Origin: an uncultured Actinomycetes bacterium
GTDB taxonomy: Bacteria; Actinomycetota; Thermoleophilia; RBG-16-64-13
Length of the DNA stretch: 64,000 nt
Assembly (NCBI GenBank): GCA_963706025.1
Contig: CAVPLM010000003.1
Location: forward strand, 672,001-736,000
Direction: 5' to 3'
Shown here piece after piece: positions 37,680-48,598 of this stretch; position 1 is the first letter of the stretch, and every line of letters starts with the position of its first letter. The position numbers and the translations under genes were made by a program. The notes beneath the pieces were generated by a model. That model saw only the letters and a list, made by a program, of their open reading frames with translations. It did no database searches and was not told where the DNA came from.

Positions 37680-38158
37680 CAATCGGCGACATCATGCAGA
37701 CCGAGGTCATCACAGTCGGACCGACCACCACAGTGCGGGAGCTTGCCGGTATCCTGGCCGAGCACAGGATCAGCGGCCTGCCGGTCGTCGACGAGGAGGA
37801 CCGGGTGGTAGGCATGGTGAGCGAGGCGGACATCATCGTCCAGGATGCGGAGCTTCACTTCCCCTACTACATCCAGTTGCTTGACTCGGTCATATATCTG
37901 CAAAGCTTCCACAAGTTCGAGGAACGCCTGCACAAGATGTTCGGCTCGCAAGTGAAGGAGATCATGAGCGAAGAGGTACTGGCTATCTCTCCCGACGCGT
38001 CCGTGCGCGACGCGGCTACGCTCATGACCGACCGCGAGATCAACCGGCTCCCTGTGGTGGCCGAGGGCAAGCTGGTGGGTATCGTCACCCGGCACGACAT
38101 TGTCCAGGCCATCGCCGGTACTACGGCCCAGGGCGCGACGACGGAGGATCATGTCTAA
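37667..38158 (+). CDS. CBS-domain pair protein
   Basis: Tandem CBS repeats ISGLPVVD and INRLPVV. Confidence 0.9.
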   Translation: MDELTIGDIMQTEVITVGPTTTVRELAGILAEHRISGLPVVDEEDRVVGMVSEADIIVQDAELHFPYYIQLLDSVIYLQSFHKFEERLHKMFGSQVKEIMSEEVLAISPDASVRDAATLMTDREINRLPVVAEGKLVGIVTRHDIVQAIAGTTAQGATTEDHV

Positions 38159-38501
38159 GAAAGAGACACGCAGGGCAGCCCGGCAGGCTTTCCCCAAAGC
38201 CCCGAGCAGCACGAAGAGTTCCAAGACGGCCGTGAGGTCCACAGGCGGGGCGAAGAGCAAAGCCGCGGCTAAGCCGGCTCTCAGGCCCCCCACGCTCAAG
38301 CGGGCGGCGATCCAGGGCGCCATCCTGGGCGTTCTCTACCTGATAGTGATCCGTTTCATCTGGCGGGAGCCGGGGACCAGCACCGCTGTCTACATCATAT
38401 TTCCTTTGGGCGGGTTCTTCGTCTTCACAGGTGTCGCTTACGCGGTCGACCGCTTCACCTATCAGCGGCGCCTCCGAAAGCTGAAGGGCCCATCGAAGTA
38501 A
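38151..38501 (+). CDS. Small hypothetical membrane protein (basic N-terminus, 2 TM)
   Basis: ATG after GGAGG, overlapping the CBS gene stop; two hydrophobic segments. Confidence 0.75.
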   Translation: MSKKETRRAARQAFPKAPSSTKSSKTAVRSTGGAKSKAAAKPALRPPTLKRAAIQGAILGVLYLIVIRFIWREPGTSTAVYIIFPLGGFFVFTGVAYAVDRFTYQRRLRKLKGPSK

Positions 38502-38538
38502 CGCGATCTGAGGGGCACTACGCAATCTGAGGGGCACT
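38501..38538 (+). repeat. 19-bp tandem duplication
   Basis: acgcgatctgaggggcact / acgcaatctgaggggcact, 18/19 identical. Confidence 0.9.
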
Positions 38539-38540
38539 GG

Positions 38541-40020
38541 ATGATGTTGGAAGCGGTGGCCGATACCCTGTGGCGCCGTCGAACTGAGGGTTGGCTCGTG
38601 GGCGGCACCGTGCGCGACCGGGAGTCGGGATGCCAGCTCGCCCGACCTAGACTTGGTCGTAGCCGACGATCCGGCTGCAGTGGCCCGAGAGATCGCCGGC
38701 CGGCTGGCCTCCCCCTGGTTCGCCCTGTCCGCTCGTCACGGGGCGTATCGAGTGATGGGAGGCCAAGGCCACATCGATGTAGCGGGTATCCGGGGGGCCG
38801 ACATCGTCGACGATCTGGCCCAGCGGGATTTCACGATCAACGCCATGGCCGTCCCTGTGGGTGCCGGCGACCTCGTCGATCCCTTCGGAGGTCTAACGCA
38901 TCTGCGGGAGAAGCGTCTGGTGGCAGTGTCGGAACGGGTATTCGGCGACGACCCCCTAAGGCTCATGCGGGCCGTCCGATTCTGCCACGTGCTCAGCCTC
39001 CGCCTCGATCCCCCTTTGGAGGCCCTGCTGCGCTCGCAGGCTTCGGAGCTTGTCCGCGCTGCTCCCGAGCGGGTCGCCGTTGAGATGGCGCTCACCTTGG
39101 CCCGGAGCCCCTCGGCGGCCGCGGTGCGGCTCTGGGCGGCGCTGGGCCTGCTGCGGGCCATGCTGCCCGAGGTGGCTGCGTCTTGGGGCGCTGCGGGGGG
39201 TGAGGACGGGGTCGACGACCGCTTCGAGGACCAGGCCTGGCGTGAAGACGGCGTGACCGAGGCAGCTGCCTGGCCGCCTGTGAGCCTGTTGACGTTGGAG
39301 GCCCTGCTCGAGCGGCTCGACCACGCGCTCGCGCACCTGCCGGTCTGGTTTCCTGAGTCTGTCGCGGTCGTCTCGGAGCGGCTGGCCGGTCCCGTCGATG
39401 GAGCCTGGACGCGAACGGTCGCGCTACGACTGGCAGTGATGACGTATCACCTTTCTCCCGCGAGGGCCTTGGCCGCCGGTCGCCGGCTGAGGTTGTCAGG
39501 GGATATGCTGTCCCTCCTGCGGACGGTCAGCGGCTGCTTTCACGAGGGCCGCTGCAGCCACGAGGCGCTCCAAAGGGCGGCTCTTTCCCCCCGCTCGGCG
39601 GTGCTGTTCCTGTGGGATTCGGCACCCTGGGAACCAGAGTCGATCCTGCTCGCGACTTGCGCCGGGGCTCCGCCTGCCGGCGCGACGACCACTTCCGACC
39701 ACGTCGATCGGAGCGGCACGCCGCTCACCGCCGGCACTATCGCTCAGGCCGACCTCGAGCCCGCCGCCGCCGATCTGCTGCCGCGACCGGGAGTCCTGGA
39801 CCCTTCTCGGAAGCTGATGGTGCGCTGGGCGGATCGGTCGATCCGCCCAGCGCCGGCCTCGCCGGTGGACGGGGAGATGCTCATCCGGGAGCTTGGTCTG
39901 GTCCCAGGCCCTCGCCTGGGGCAGATCCTGCGCGAGGTCAGATTGGCTTGGGAAGCACAGGAAGTGACGACGGCCGGCGAGGCTCTGAGTCTGGCGGAGG
40001 GACTTCTCCGGACGCTCTAG
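38541..40020 (+). CDS. Class II tRNA nucleotidyltransferase (probably CC-adding), with a +1 frameshift near 38620-38640
   Basis: VGGTVRD lies in one frame; DLD, QRDFTINA and DDPLR lie in the next. Confidence 0.85.
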
Positions 40021-40086
40021 GCCAAGGCTGCGGTCGCCCGGCTTCCGCGCCCGGCCGGCAGCGCCCGGCCCGCTTCGGGTGCCTCG

Positions 40087-40095
40087 TGCTATCAT
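40087..40095 (+). promoter_or_regulatory. Extended -10 promoter upstream of rpmE
   Basis: TGcTATCAT. Confidence 0.5.
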
Positions 40096-40146
40096 ATCCT
40101 GCCTTTTTGGGCTTATTAGCTTGTGGGACGTGTCATTGGAGGCACC

Positions 40147-40359
40147 TTGAAGGACGATATACATCCTCAGTATGTTGAGAGCAGAGTCACGTGCTCTTGC
40201 GGCGAGACGTTTCTCACTCACTCGACCCTTCCGGAGATCAAAGTGGAGGTCTGCTCTGCCTGTCATCCGTTCTACACGGGTAAGCAGAAGCTGGTCGACA
40301 CTGCCGGCCGGGTGGAGAGGTTCAACAAGAAGTATCGCCGCTCCGAGAAGAAGGCGTAG
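40147..40359 (+). CDS. rpmE: 50S ribosomal protein L31 (Zn type A)
   Basis: IHP, CSCG and [10 protein letters not shown] motifs; TTG start after GGAGG. Confidence 0.97.
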   Translation: MKDDIHPQYVESRVTCSCGETFLTHSTLPEIKVEVCSACHPFYTGKQKLVDTAGRVERFNKKYRRSEKKA

Positions 40360-40371
40360 CCCTCTTCGGCC

Positions 40372-41118
40372 GTGCCTGCCGAGCTCACGGTAACGCTTCT
40401 CCAATACACTCCCTTGCCGGAGCGGGCGGTGGCTTCCGCTGGACGGCTTTGCTACGCGCCGGTCGGTGCCGCCGAACTAAAGACCGCCATGAGCGACGAC
40501 GAGGTCCGGCGCCTCGTGCGCGGTCTGGTGCGATCCGGTCATCTGAGCGCCTTGGAACATGCCGCGTTCACGTTCGCGATCGAGGGGATATCGAGAGCAT
40601 GTTCCCATCAGCTCGTTCGGCATCGAGTCGCCTCCTACAGTCAGCAGTCCCAGCGGTATGTGCGTTTCGACTCCTCAGGGGGTTTCGTCATACCGCCGAG
40701 CATCGAGGCATCCCCGGAAGCCCGCACCGTCTTCTACGAGGCCATGGACAATGCCCGACGCTCCTACGAGCGCCTGGTGGCGCTCGGTCTGGCAGAGGGG
40801 CGGGGTAACGAGTCCGTCTTCGAGGATGCCCGCTTCGTACTGCCCAACGCGGCCGAGACAAAGATCGTGGTGACTATGAACGCGCGCGAGCTAAGGCATT
40901 TCTACGCGCTGCGCTGCTGTCGCCGGGCACAGTGGGAGATCAACCGGCTGGCCTGGACCATGCGTCATCTCGCCGTTTCGGTGGCACCGCTGCTCTTCGA
41001 GGGCACCGGGCCGGGCTGCATGACGGGGGGGTGCCCCGAAGGCAGGATGTCGTGTGGCTCCCCCTATTCCGAAGAAGAGGTCCTGGCGATGGATCTCATC
41101 GGATCGATAGCAGACTAG
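40372..41118 (+). CDS. thyX: FAD-dependent thymidylate synthase
   Basis: HLSALEH, RHRVASYSQQSQRY and AQWEI motifs. Confidence 0.96.
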   Translation: MPAELTVTLLQYTPLPERAVASAGRLCYAPVGAAELKTAMSDDEVRRLVRGLVRSGHLSALEHAAFTFAIEGISRACSHQLVRHRVASYSQQSQRYVRFDSSGGFVIPPSIEASPEARTVFYEAMDNARRSYERLVALGLAEGRGNESVFEDARFVLPNAAETKIVVTMNARELRHFYALRCCRRAQWEINRLAWTMRHLAVSVAPLLFEGTGPGCMTGGCPEGRMSCGSPYSEEEVLAMDLIGSIAD

Positions 41119-41132
41119 GCTCAGGAATGACG

Positions 41133-42203
41133 ATGATCGAGTCGACGGGGGCCGAGTCCAAGGCCGAGGACCAGAGTGCGTCCTCCTGCCCGCACGATCA
41201 CACTTTCGGAGGCCAGGCGGTCATCGAAGGGGTCATGATGCGCGGCCGGCACTCGTGGGGGGTGGCGGTGCGCCGACCTTCAGGAGGGATCGCCCGGGTC
41301 GGCTATCCTCTAGAGGCAGCAAGTTCCCGTCACCGCGTGCTCAAGTTGCCGATCGTGCGGGGAGTGGCGGCCCTCTGGGAATCGTTGAGCTTAGGGATAA
41401 AGGCCCTGGGGATCTCGGCCAACATCGGTCTTGAGGACCCAACGACGGAACCCGCCGGCCCATCGTCCGGCGGCGCGCCCGAGGGCACCGGACTGGACCA
41501 GCCAACGATCTCGGCCGACGAACCGGCGACCGGCGCGGAAGCGGCGAAGCCGCCGCTGTCCTTCGGCTGGAAGGAACTAGCCGTGACCGTGACCGTGGCC
41601 GTGGCTATGGCGGTGGCGTTCTTCGTGGTGATACCGCTGGTGGTGGTGAAGCAGTTCGAGTCGACCTTCGATAACCCCTTCCTCTTCAACCTGGTGGAAG
41701 GGCTCATCCGCATAGCCATCTTCATCCTCTACATCGTGGCAATCTCGCTCGTCCCCGATCTGCGCAGAGTGTTTCAGTATCACGGAGCCGAGCACAAGAT
41801 CATCCACGCCTACGAATCGTGTGGCAGGCCGGACGCGGAGCATGCCGGTAGCTACTCCACCCTCCACCCTCGCTGCGGCACGGGTTTCCTGCTGCTGGTG
41901 ATGGTCATCTCGGTTGTCTTCTTCGCTATCATCGGAAAGCCCTCGCTTCCCTGGCTGGTGCTGTCACGTCTCATCGGCATACCCATCATCGTGGGTATCG
42001 CCTACGAGATAGGCATAAAATGGGCAGGTAAGCATTCCAACGGGTTCTTCGCCCGGATCGTCCTCTGGCCCGGGATCCAGCTCCAGCGGCTGACCACCCG
42101 CGAGCCGAGCTACGACCAGCTTGAGGTGGCCGCTGCCGCTCTGGACGAGGTCATGCGCATGGACGACGTGAGCGGGCGCGCTCTCGCCGAACCCGCCACT
42201 TAG
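41133..42203 (+). CDS. DUF1385 family membrane protein
   Basis: [18 protein letters not shown] and HPRCGT motifs; usual position before prfA. Confidence 0.9.
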   Translation: MIESTGAESKAEDQSASSCPHDHTFGGQAVIEGVMMRGRHSWGVAVRRPSGGIARVGYPLEAASSRHRVLKLPIVRGVAALWESLSLGIKALGISANIGLEDPTTEPAGPSSGGAPEGTGLDQPTISADEPATGAEAAKPPLSFGWKELAVTVTVAVAMAVAFFVVIPLVVVKQFESTFDNPFLFNLVEGLIRIAIFILYIVAISLVPDLRRVFQYHGAEHKIIHAYESCGRPDAEHAGSYSTLHPRCGTGFLLLVMVISVVFFAIIGKPSLPWLVLSRLIGIPIIVGIAYEIGIKWAGKHSNGFFARIVLWPGIQLQRLTTREPSYDQLEVAAAALDEVMRMDDVSGRALAEPAT

Positions 42204-42241
42204 GCGCGGGCCTCGTAGAACGCGCCTCGGAGACTGAAGGC

Positions 42242-43318
42242 ATGATCGAACGCCTCGCCACTGAGATAGAAGACAAGTACGCCGCTCTCATGGAGGAGCT
42301 GGCCGATCCCGAGGTGCTGAGGGACCAGGCCCGCTACGCCGAGATATCGAAGGCCCACTCCGATCTCGAGCCGGCATACCGCTTGGCGGTGGCCTATCGG
42401 GAGACGCGCGCGTCTCTGGAGGAAGCGGAAGCCATGCTCGAGGAGGGCGGTCTGGATCCCGAGATGAAGGAGTTCCTCGCGGAGGAGAAAGGGAGCGCTC
42501 GGGAGAAGCTCGAGGCGCTGGAGCAGGAACTGCGCGCCGCAGTCTTGGAGAAAGATCCGCGGGACAACAAGAACGTCATCGTGGAGGTGCGAGCGGGGGC
42601 CGGTGGCGACGAGGCGGCTCTGTTCGCCGCCGAGGTCCAACGCATGCTGGTGCGCTATGCAGAGCGTATGCGCTTCAAGACCGAGATCCTTTCCACCACC
42701 GAGGCTTCCCTAGGGGGTGTCAAGGAGATCATCTTCGAGGTCAGGGGTCGGGGGGCTTTCGGCGCCCTCAAGTACGAGTCCGGTGTGCACAGGGTACAGC
42801 GGGTGCCGGTGACCGAGTCCACCGGGCGCATACACACGTCCACGGCAACCGTTGCCGTGCTTCCCGAGGTGGAAGACGTCGAGATCCACATCGACCCCAA
42901 CGACGTGCGGGTGGATGTCTACCGGTCCACCGGCCCGGGCGGGCAGTCGGTCAACACCACGGACTCGGCGGTCAGACTCACCCACATCCCCAGCGGACTG
43001 GTGGTCTCGTGCCAGGATGAGAAGTCCCAGCTTCAGAACAAGGAGCGGGCTTTCCGTATCTTACGGGCCCGTCTGTACGATATGGCCCAGGCTGTGCAAG
43101 ACGCCCAGCTGGCTGCGCAGCGCCGCAGTCAGGTGGGTACGGGCGATAGGTCGCAGAAGGTCCGCACCTACAATTTCCCTCAGGGACGCGTCACCGACCA
43201 CCGCATAGGATTGACGTCACACCGCTTGGAAGCCGTACTGCAGGGTGAGTTGGAGGAATTCACCGAAGCACTACGGGCCAACGAGCGCACCGAGCAGCTC
43301 GCCGCGGCTGCTTTCTGA
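42242..43318 (+). CDS. prfA: Peptide chain release factor 1
   Basis: PVT anticodon motif, GGQ and TYNFPQGR. Confidence 0.98.
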   Translation: MIERLATEIEDKYAALMEELADPEVLRDQARYAEISKAHSDLEPAYRLAVAYRETRASLEEAEAMLEEGGLDPEMKEFLAEEKGSAREKLEALEQELRAAVLEKDPRDNKNVIVEVRAGAGGDEAALFAAEVQRMLVRYAERMRFKTEILSTTEASLGGVKEIIFEVRGRGAFGALKYESGVHRVQRVPVTESTGRIHTSTATVAVLPEVEDVEIHIDPNDVRVDVYRSTGPGGQSVNTTDSAVRLTHIPSGLVVSCQDEKSQLQNKERAFRILRARLYDMAQAVQDAQLAAQRRSQVGTGDRSQKVRTYNFPQGRVTDHRIGLTSHRLEAVLQGELEEFTEALRANERTEQLAAAAF

Positions 43319-43343
43319 CCGCCGGCGCGGAGGCGGGGTGTCT

Positions 43344-44945
43344 ATGGACAGCTGGACCATAGGTGCGCTGCTCGACACGGTGACAGGATATCTGCGGGAT
43401 AGAGGTTCCGCGTCACCACGGCTGGACGCCGAGTTACTGCTGGCGGAGACCCTCGGGATGGAGCGCATCCATCTCTACACCGAGTACGATCGTCCTCTCG
43501 CTTCCTCCGAGCTCGACCGTTACCGCTATCTGGTCGGGCGCCGGGCCCGGCACGAGCCGGTCGCATACATCCTCGGACGAGCTCACTTCCGTCATCTGCG
43601 CCTGGAGGTGACCCCGGCCGTTCTGATCCCCCGGCCCGAGACCGAAGAGCTGGTCGACGTAGCTCTGCAGCTGTTGCGCCTCCGACCGGCCTGGGAGGCT
43701 CTTTCGGACACGACGGCGGCCGCCGGCCCAGCGCCGGACCCTCAGGCCGAGGCCACTCCCGCCGAGGCCGGCGCGGAAGCGCCTCCACCGCTGATCGCCG
43801 ATGTGGGGACAGGTTCCGGGGCCATCGCTTTGAGCCTGGCCCAGGAGGCGGGACTCCGGGTACTCGCCACCGACGAGAGCGAGGAGGCCCTGGAAGTGGC
43901 CGCTCGGAATCGAGCCGCGCTGGAGCTGGAGGGACTGGTCGAGTTGCGGCATGCCGACCTGCTGACCGGAACAGCCGACGATAGCCTTCGCCTGGTGATC
44001 AGCAATCCGCCGTACGTGACCTCCAGGGACATGGGCACGCTCGCGCCCGATATCCGTTTGTACGAACCGGCTTTGGCTTTGGACGCCGGCGAGGACGGGC
44101 TCGCGGTCTTCCGCCGGCTCCTGCCGCAGGCGGCGCGGGTCCTCAGGCCCGGCGGCAGCGTGCTACTCGAGGTGGGCGACGGGCAGGCCCCGGCGGTCGC
44201 CGGCCTCGCGCGCGCGGCCGGCTTCTCCCTCCTTGCCGTACACAAGGACCTGTCCGGCAAGGAGCGTATGGTGGTCGGGACCCTTCCTGGCGCGGCCATG
44301 ATGCCTCTGGGGGGATTGGACGACCCTCAGTCGGTGGCGCTGGTCACGGCGCTCGGGGGAGGCGCGATAATCGGGATACCCACCGACACCGTGTATGGCA
44401 TCGCGGCCCGATGGGATTCGCAAGCGGGGGTACGGCGGCTGTTCGCAGCCAAAGGTCGGGGCTCCGACCAGCCGATGGCGGCGCTGTTCCCCTCGGTCGC
44501 CTCGGTGAAGGCAGCATTACCCGATCTTGATGGCCCGTCTACCAAGGTGCTCGAAGCGTTGCTACCGGGTCCGTATACGTTCGTAGTGGGGACCTCCGTT
44601 CCCCGCCCGCCCCTTGTGGGTACGGCCGACTCGTTGGGAGTGCGAGTACCTGATCATCCGGCCCTCCTCGAGTTCCTGGCGTCTCTGGAGGCCCCTCTGG
44701 CTGCGACGAGCGCCAACCTGAGCGGCCAAAAAGAGGCCGAGATGCCGGCCGACGTCGAACCCTCGGTCCTCGCCCACTGCTCGATCGCCTTCACGACCGC
44801 GGGGTCGACTCGCAGCGCCGGCCGGCCGGCCGCCTCCACCGTGGTAGACCTGCGTCCTCTCGCGACCGGAGACGCTCCCGCCCTTCTCAGAGAAGGGGCG
44901 GCGAACGGGGCCGAGACTCTGAGACGCATCAGCGCCCTCCTCTGA
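43344..44945 (+). CDS. Fusion of release factor methyltransferase PrmC with threonylcarbamoyl-AMP synthase TsaC/Sua5 domain
   Basis: [13 protein letters not shown] and NPPY, then PTDTVYG, KGR, TSANLSG and STVVD in the same frame. Confidence 0.88.
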   Translation: MDSWTIGALLDTVTGYLRDRGSASPRLDAELLLAETLGMERIHLYTEYDRPLASSELDRYRYLVGRRARHEPVAYILGRAHFRHLRLEVTPAVLIPRPETEELVDVALQLLRLRPAWEALSDTTAAAGPAPDPQAEATPAEAGAEAPPPLIADVGTGSGAIALSLAQEAGLRVLATDESEEALEVAARNRAALELEGLVELRHADLLTGTADDSLRLVISNPPYVTSRDMGTLAPDIRLYEPALALDAGEDGLAVFRRLLPQAARVLRPGGSVLLEVGDGQAPAVAGLARAAGFSLLAVHKDLSGKERMVVGTLPGAAMMPLGGLDDPQSVALVTALGGGAIIGIPTDTVYGIAARWDSQAGVRRLFAAKGRGSDQPMAALFPSVASVKAALPDLDGPSTKVLEALLPGPYTFVVGTSVPRPPLVGTADSLGVRVPDHPALLEFLASLEAPLAATSANLSGQKEAEMPADVEPSVLAHCSIAFTTAGSTRSAGRPAASTVVDLRPLATGDAPALLREGAANGAETLRRISALL

Positions 44946-45056
44946 CCCCGGCGACTGGGAGCGCGGCGCCGGCTGGTCGCGAGCTCGACCTTCCGCCTGC
45001 CGCGCCTGCTGGGCTGCGTCTCCGACCTTTCCGCCCGCGGGACGCGCGCTTTCATC

Positions 45057-45065
45057 TGGTATGCT
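45057..45065 (+). promoter_or_regulatory. Extended -10 promoter upstream of glyA
   Basis: TGgTATGCT. Confidence 0.45.
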
Positions 45066-45115
45066 TGGCCCACCGGACCTCACCTGGCAGGACCACACCC
45101 AGTAGGAGACCAGCT

Positions 45116-46396
45116 TTGACCGTCGATCCCCGTTCGGACAGTTACGCAGACCTGGCGCTCAGGGATGTCGACCCTGCGCTCAGCGCGCTGATCACGCGAG
45201 AACTGACCCGGCAGCAGCGCAATATCGAGCTCATCGCCTCTGAGAACTTCACCCCCCTGCCTGTGCTGCAGGCCACGGGCAGCGTCCTCACCAACAAGTA
45301 CGCCGAGGGCTACCCCTGCAGGCGCTACTACGGGGGCTGCGAGGTTGTGGACGACATCGAAGCCCTGGCCATAGAACGGGCGAAGGCGCTGTATGGCGCG
45401 GAGCATGCGAACGTGCAGCCGCACTCCGGGTCCACGGCGAACCAGGCTGTGTATTGGGCCGCTCTCGAGCCGGGAGACCCGGTGCTGGCGATGAGCCTGG
45501 CCCACGGCGGGCATCTGACACACGGGCACCCGGTCAATTTCTCCGGTATGGGGTATACCTTCTTCCACTACGGGGTCGACCGGAAGACCGGGCGGATCGA
45601 CATGGACGAGGTCCGCGCCTACGCCCTCAAACATAGGCCGAAGCTCGTCTTGGCCGGAGCCAGCGCCTACCCCCGGGCCCTGGACTTCGCCGCCTTCCGC
45701 GCGGTGGCGGACGAGGTAGGGGCCGAACTGATGGTGGACATGGCGCACATCGCCGGGCTGATCGCGGGCGGGGTGCATCAGTCGCCCTTTGCCTTCGCGG
45801 ATTGGGTCAGCACGACGACCCACAAGACGCTGGCTGGACCCCGGGGCGGCGCCTGTTTCTGCCGGGCCGAAAACGCCGCCCGGCTAGATCACGCGGTCTT
45901 TCCCGGCCTGCAGGGGGGACCGTTGGAGCATATCATCGCCGGCAAGGCGGTGTGTTTCTTTCTCGCGATGACCGATGAGTTCAAAGCGAAGCAGCGGCGC
46001 ACTGTGGAAAACGCAGCCGCGCTGGCCGAGGGACTCTTAGAGGGTGGTCTGAAGCTCGTCTCAGGGGGTACCGACAACCACCTGATGCTGGTCGATTTCA
46101 GCGGTACTGAGATGACGGGCAAGCAGGCCCAGGAGCTCCTCGACCGGGTGGGGATCACGGTCAACAAGAACAGCGTCCCTTATGACGAGCGCCCGCCGAC
46201 GATCACCTCCGGGGTGCGGTTGGGCACGCCCGCAATGACCACTCGGGGCTTTGGTACCGGCGAGATGCGAGAGGTGGCCCGTATCGTCGTGGACACGTTG
46301 ACTTCGGAACCCACCGAGGCGAATCTCGATCGGTTTCTGAAGCGCAGCCGAGCACTGACCGAGGCTTTCCCTCTCTATCACTCTCTGGATATCTGA
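45116..46396 (+). CDS. glyA: Serine hydroxymethyltransferase
   Basis: [15 protein letters not shown] and TTHKTL motifs; TTG start after AGGAG. Confidence 0.98.
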   Translation: MTVDPRSDSYADLALRDVDPALSALITRELTRQQRNIELIASENFTPLPVLQATGSVLTNKYAEGYPCRRYYGGCEVVDDIEALAIERAKALYGAEHANVQPHSGSTANQAVYWAALEPGDPVLAMSLAHGGHLTHGHPVNFSGMGYTFFHYGVDRKTGRIDMDEVRAYALKHRPKLVLAGASAYPRALDFAAFRAVADEVGAELMVDMAHIAGLIAGGVHQSPFAFADWVSTTTHKTLAGPRGGACFCRAENAARLDHAVFPGLQGGPLEHIIAGKAVCFFLAMTDEFKAKQRRTVENAAALAEGLLEGGLKLVSGGTDNHLMLVDFSGTEMTGKQAQELLDRVGITVNKNSVPYDERPPTITSGVRLGTPAMTTRGFGTGEMREVARIVVDTLTSEPTEANLDRFLKRSRALTEAFPLYHSLDI

Positions 46397-46869
46397 TGTC
46401 TGGTCCGGGGAAGAGACCGGTCCTACCGGCTCGCCCGGATTGGGAGGACTACTTCATGGAGATCGCGCGGGTGGTCTCCACGCGTTCGAGTTGTCTACGC
46501 CGGCAGGTAGGAGCGGTCCTGGTTAAGAACCGGCAGATCCTCGCCACTGGCTACAATGGGGTTCCCAGGGGTCTGCGCCACTGCGGCGAGCGTGGCTGCC
46601 TGCGGGACGAGCTGGGGATCCCCTCTGGAGAGCGCCACGAGCTGTGCCGAGGCCTCCACGCTGAGCAGAACGCGATCATCCAAGCTGCGTATCATGGAGT
46701 GGCCGTAAGCGGGGCCGAGGTCTACTGCACACATCAGCCCTGTGCGCTGTGCGCCAAGATGCTGGTGAACGCCGACGTGGTGGCGGTCTATTTCAAGGGT
46801 GACTACCCGGACGCCCTGGCTATGGAAGTGTTCGAGGAGGCGGGCACGCGACTGGTGCACGTCAGATGA
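46396..46869 (+). CDS. dCMP/cytidine deaminase family (ComEB-like)
   Basis: HAEQNA and PCxxC zinc motifs. Confidence 0.92.
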   Translation: MSGPGKRPVLPARPDWEDYFMEIARVVSTRSSCLRRQVGAVLVKNRQILATGYNGVPRGLRHCGERGCLRDELGIPSGERHELCRGLHAEQNAIIQAAYHGVAVSGAEVYCTHQPCALCAKMLVNADVVAVYFKGDYPDALAMEVFEEAGTRLVHVR

Positions 46870-46886
46870 AAACTCCATATCGTTTC

Positions 46887-46915
46887 TTGCGGTTGGGGAG
46901 GCCAGAGTCTATAAT
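46887..46915 (+). promoter_or_regulatory. atp operon promoter
   Basis: TTGCGG-17 bp-TATAAT. Confidence 0.75.
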
Positions 46916-46930
46916 GCGACGGGCGCAATT

Positions 46931-47116
46931 TTGAGCAAGGGTCCCCATGGCGGCACACCGGAGCGGGGAGTCTTGCGTTCACGTTTGTTGCCCTGGTGCT
47001 GGTCTTCACCGGTCTTGGCTATCTGGCCGATCGTTGACTCCGCACCGGGCCCTGAAGGCCGCGGGAAAAGCGAGGGCACGAACGAGGACGACGGATCGCG
47101 CGGGCGTTCCTCGTAA
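46931..47116 (+). pseudogene. Disrupted AtpZ/AtpI-like small membrane protein
   Basis: One frame reads SLAFTFVALVLVFTGLGYLADR*LRTGP*. It has no in-frame start and the second TM helix is missing. Confidence 0.6.
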
Positions 47117-47145
47117 CAGACGGATAGGTTGACGGGGAGGAAGTT

Positions 47146-47472
47146 CTGGGGCTGACGCTGATATCCGTGGCCATAGGTCTTGGTCTCGCCGCCGCGTACC
47201 ATTTCCTTTCCATGCGGTTGCAGGTTTGGGTCGCTCAGCGGAGTTCCGCCATGGTCCCGGCTGTCACCGTTCTCGGGTTTCTCTTCCGGCTCACGGCTCT
47301 GGCCTTGATCCTAGTTGTCTTGGGCCTGTGGACGTCCCTGAACATATTGGCCGTGTGTCTCAGCTTTGTGGCTTTGTTCACCGTCTTGAACGGCTTCTCG
47401 CTCTACAGTCTGATGAGCAAGCGCAAAGGCGCGCCGCCCCCAGCGGGCGCCGGCGGTCCGCAACAGGAGTAG
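47146..47472 (+). CDS. atpI: ATP synthase protein I-like membrane protein
   Basis: Hydrophobic ORF directly before atpB. Start is CTG 47146 or GTG 47167. Confidence 0.7.
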   Translation: MGLTLISVAIGLGLAAAYHFLSMRLQVWVAQRSSAMVPAVTVLGFLFRLTALALILVVLGLWTSLNILAVCLSFVALFTVLNGFSLYSLMSKRKGAPPPAGAGGPQQE

Positions 47473-47475
47473 TGG

Positions 47476-48270
47476 ATGGTCGCCGAGGAGGGCGCAAACA
47501 AGATCGTCGAGGCTCTGCACGAACTAAGCGTGCAGACGATTGTCCCCCTCCCCAAGATAGGTCCGCTCGATATGTCCATCACCAATGTCGTGATCTACAT
47601 GTGGGTGTCCGCGGTCATCGTGTTCGCCTTCTTCTATATCGTGGCTAGGCGATGGCGGAAGGAACCGGACGGTCTGCAGATCGTGGCCGAGATTCTCCTG
47701 AACTTCGCGACCGGCCATCTCACCGGTCAGATCACCGAAAAAGGCAAGAAGTATTACTACCTCATCCTCACTCTCTTCACTTTCATCCTGGTGACCAACC
47801 TGGTCGGGCTCATCCCCAAACCGATCGCCCTCAAGCCCTACACCCCCACGACCAACATCAACGTGACCGCCGGTCTGGCCATCATTGTCTTCTTCATGGT
47901 GCAGTATCAGGGATTCCACCGTCACGGCGTCCGGGGATACCTGCGGTCCTGGCTGACCCCTCCGGGGGTACCGAAGGCGATGGCGGCTCCTCTCAACGCC
48001 ATCTTCTTCATGGTGCACTTCATGGGTGAGTTCTTTAAGCCCCTGTCGCTCGCCGTCCGGCTCTTCGGCAACACCGTCGCCGGTCACTTGATCATCCTGG
48101 TGATGCTGGGGCTCCTGCTGCAATATGCCAGCGTCGTGGTCACCATCCCGGCCTTCCTCTTCGTGGTCATCATGACCGCTTTCGAAGTGTTCGTGGCTTT
48201 CATCCAGGCCTACATCTTCTCGCTTCTTTCGGTCGTATACATCGAATCGGCCATAGAAGCCGGCCACTAG
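47476..48270 (+). CDS. atpB: ATP synthase F0 subunit a
   Basis: SLAVRLFGN and IQAYIF motifs. Confidence 0.97.
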   Translation: MVAEEGANKIVEALHELSVQTIVPLPKIGPLDMSITNVVIYMWVSAVIVFAFFYIVARRWRKEPDGLQIVAEILLNFATGHLTGQITEKGKKYYYLILTLFTFILVTNLVGLIPKPIALKPYTPTTNINVTAGLAIIVFFMVQYQGFHRHGVRGYLRSWLTPPGVPKAMAAPLNAIFFMVHFMGEFFKPLSLAVRLFGNTVAGHLIILVMLGLLLQYASVVVTIPAFLFVVIMTAFEVFVAFIQAYIFSLLSVVYIESAIEAGH

Positions 48271-48531
<261 letters not shown>

Positions 48532-48598
48532 GGACGTGGGCCAGCAGTACGCCGGCCGCGTGACATTGTGACCAGGCGATCAATGGCATAGGTTCAGC

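Noticed and set aside
40021-40083. CGCCCGGC occurring three times upstream of rpmE
   Set aside because: Very GC-rich 8-mers with irregular spacing, consistent with chance.
44946-45045. ZMP/ZTP riboswitch upstream of glyA (GCGACTGG and GCC..CTGGGC fragments)
   Set aside because: The expected GGUGG/CCAC stem and GGGGAGC arrangement are missing, and the region lies upstream of the likely glyA -10. An Rfam scan would settle it.
47030-47056. UGA=Trp recoding suggested by TGA at two Trp positions in the atpZ remnant
   Set aside because: Conserved Trp residues elsewhere use TGG, and many core genes (rpsJ, rpsC, rplN, prfA) end at TGA in the expected place.
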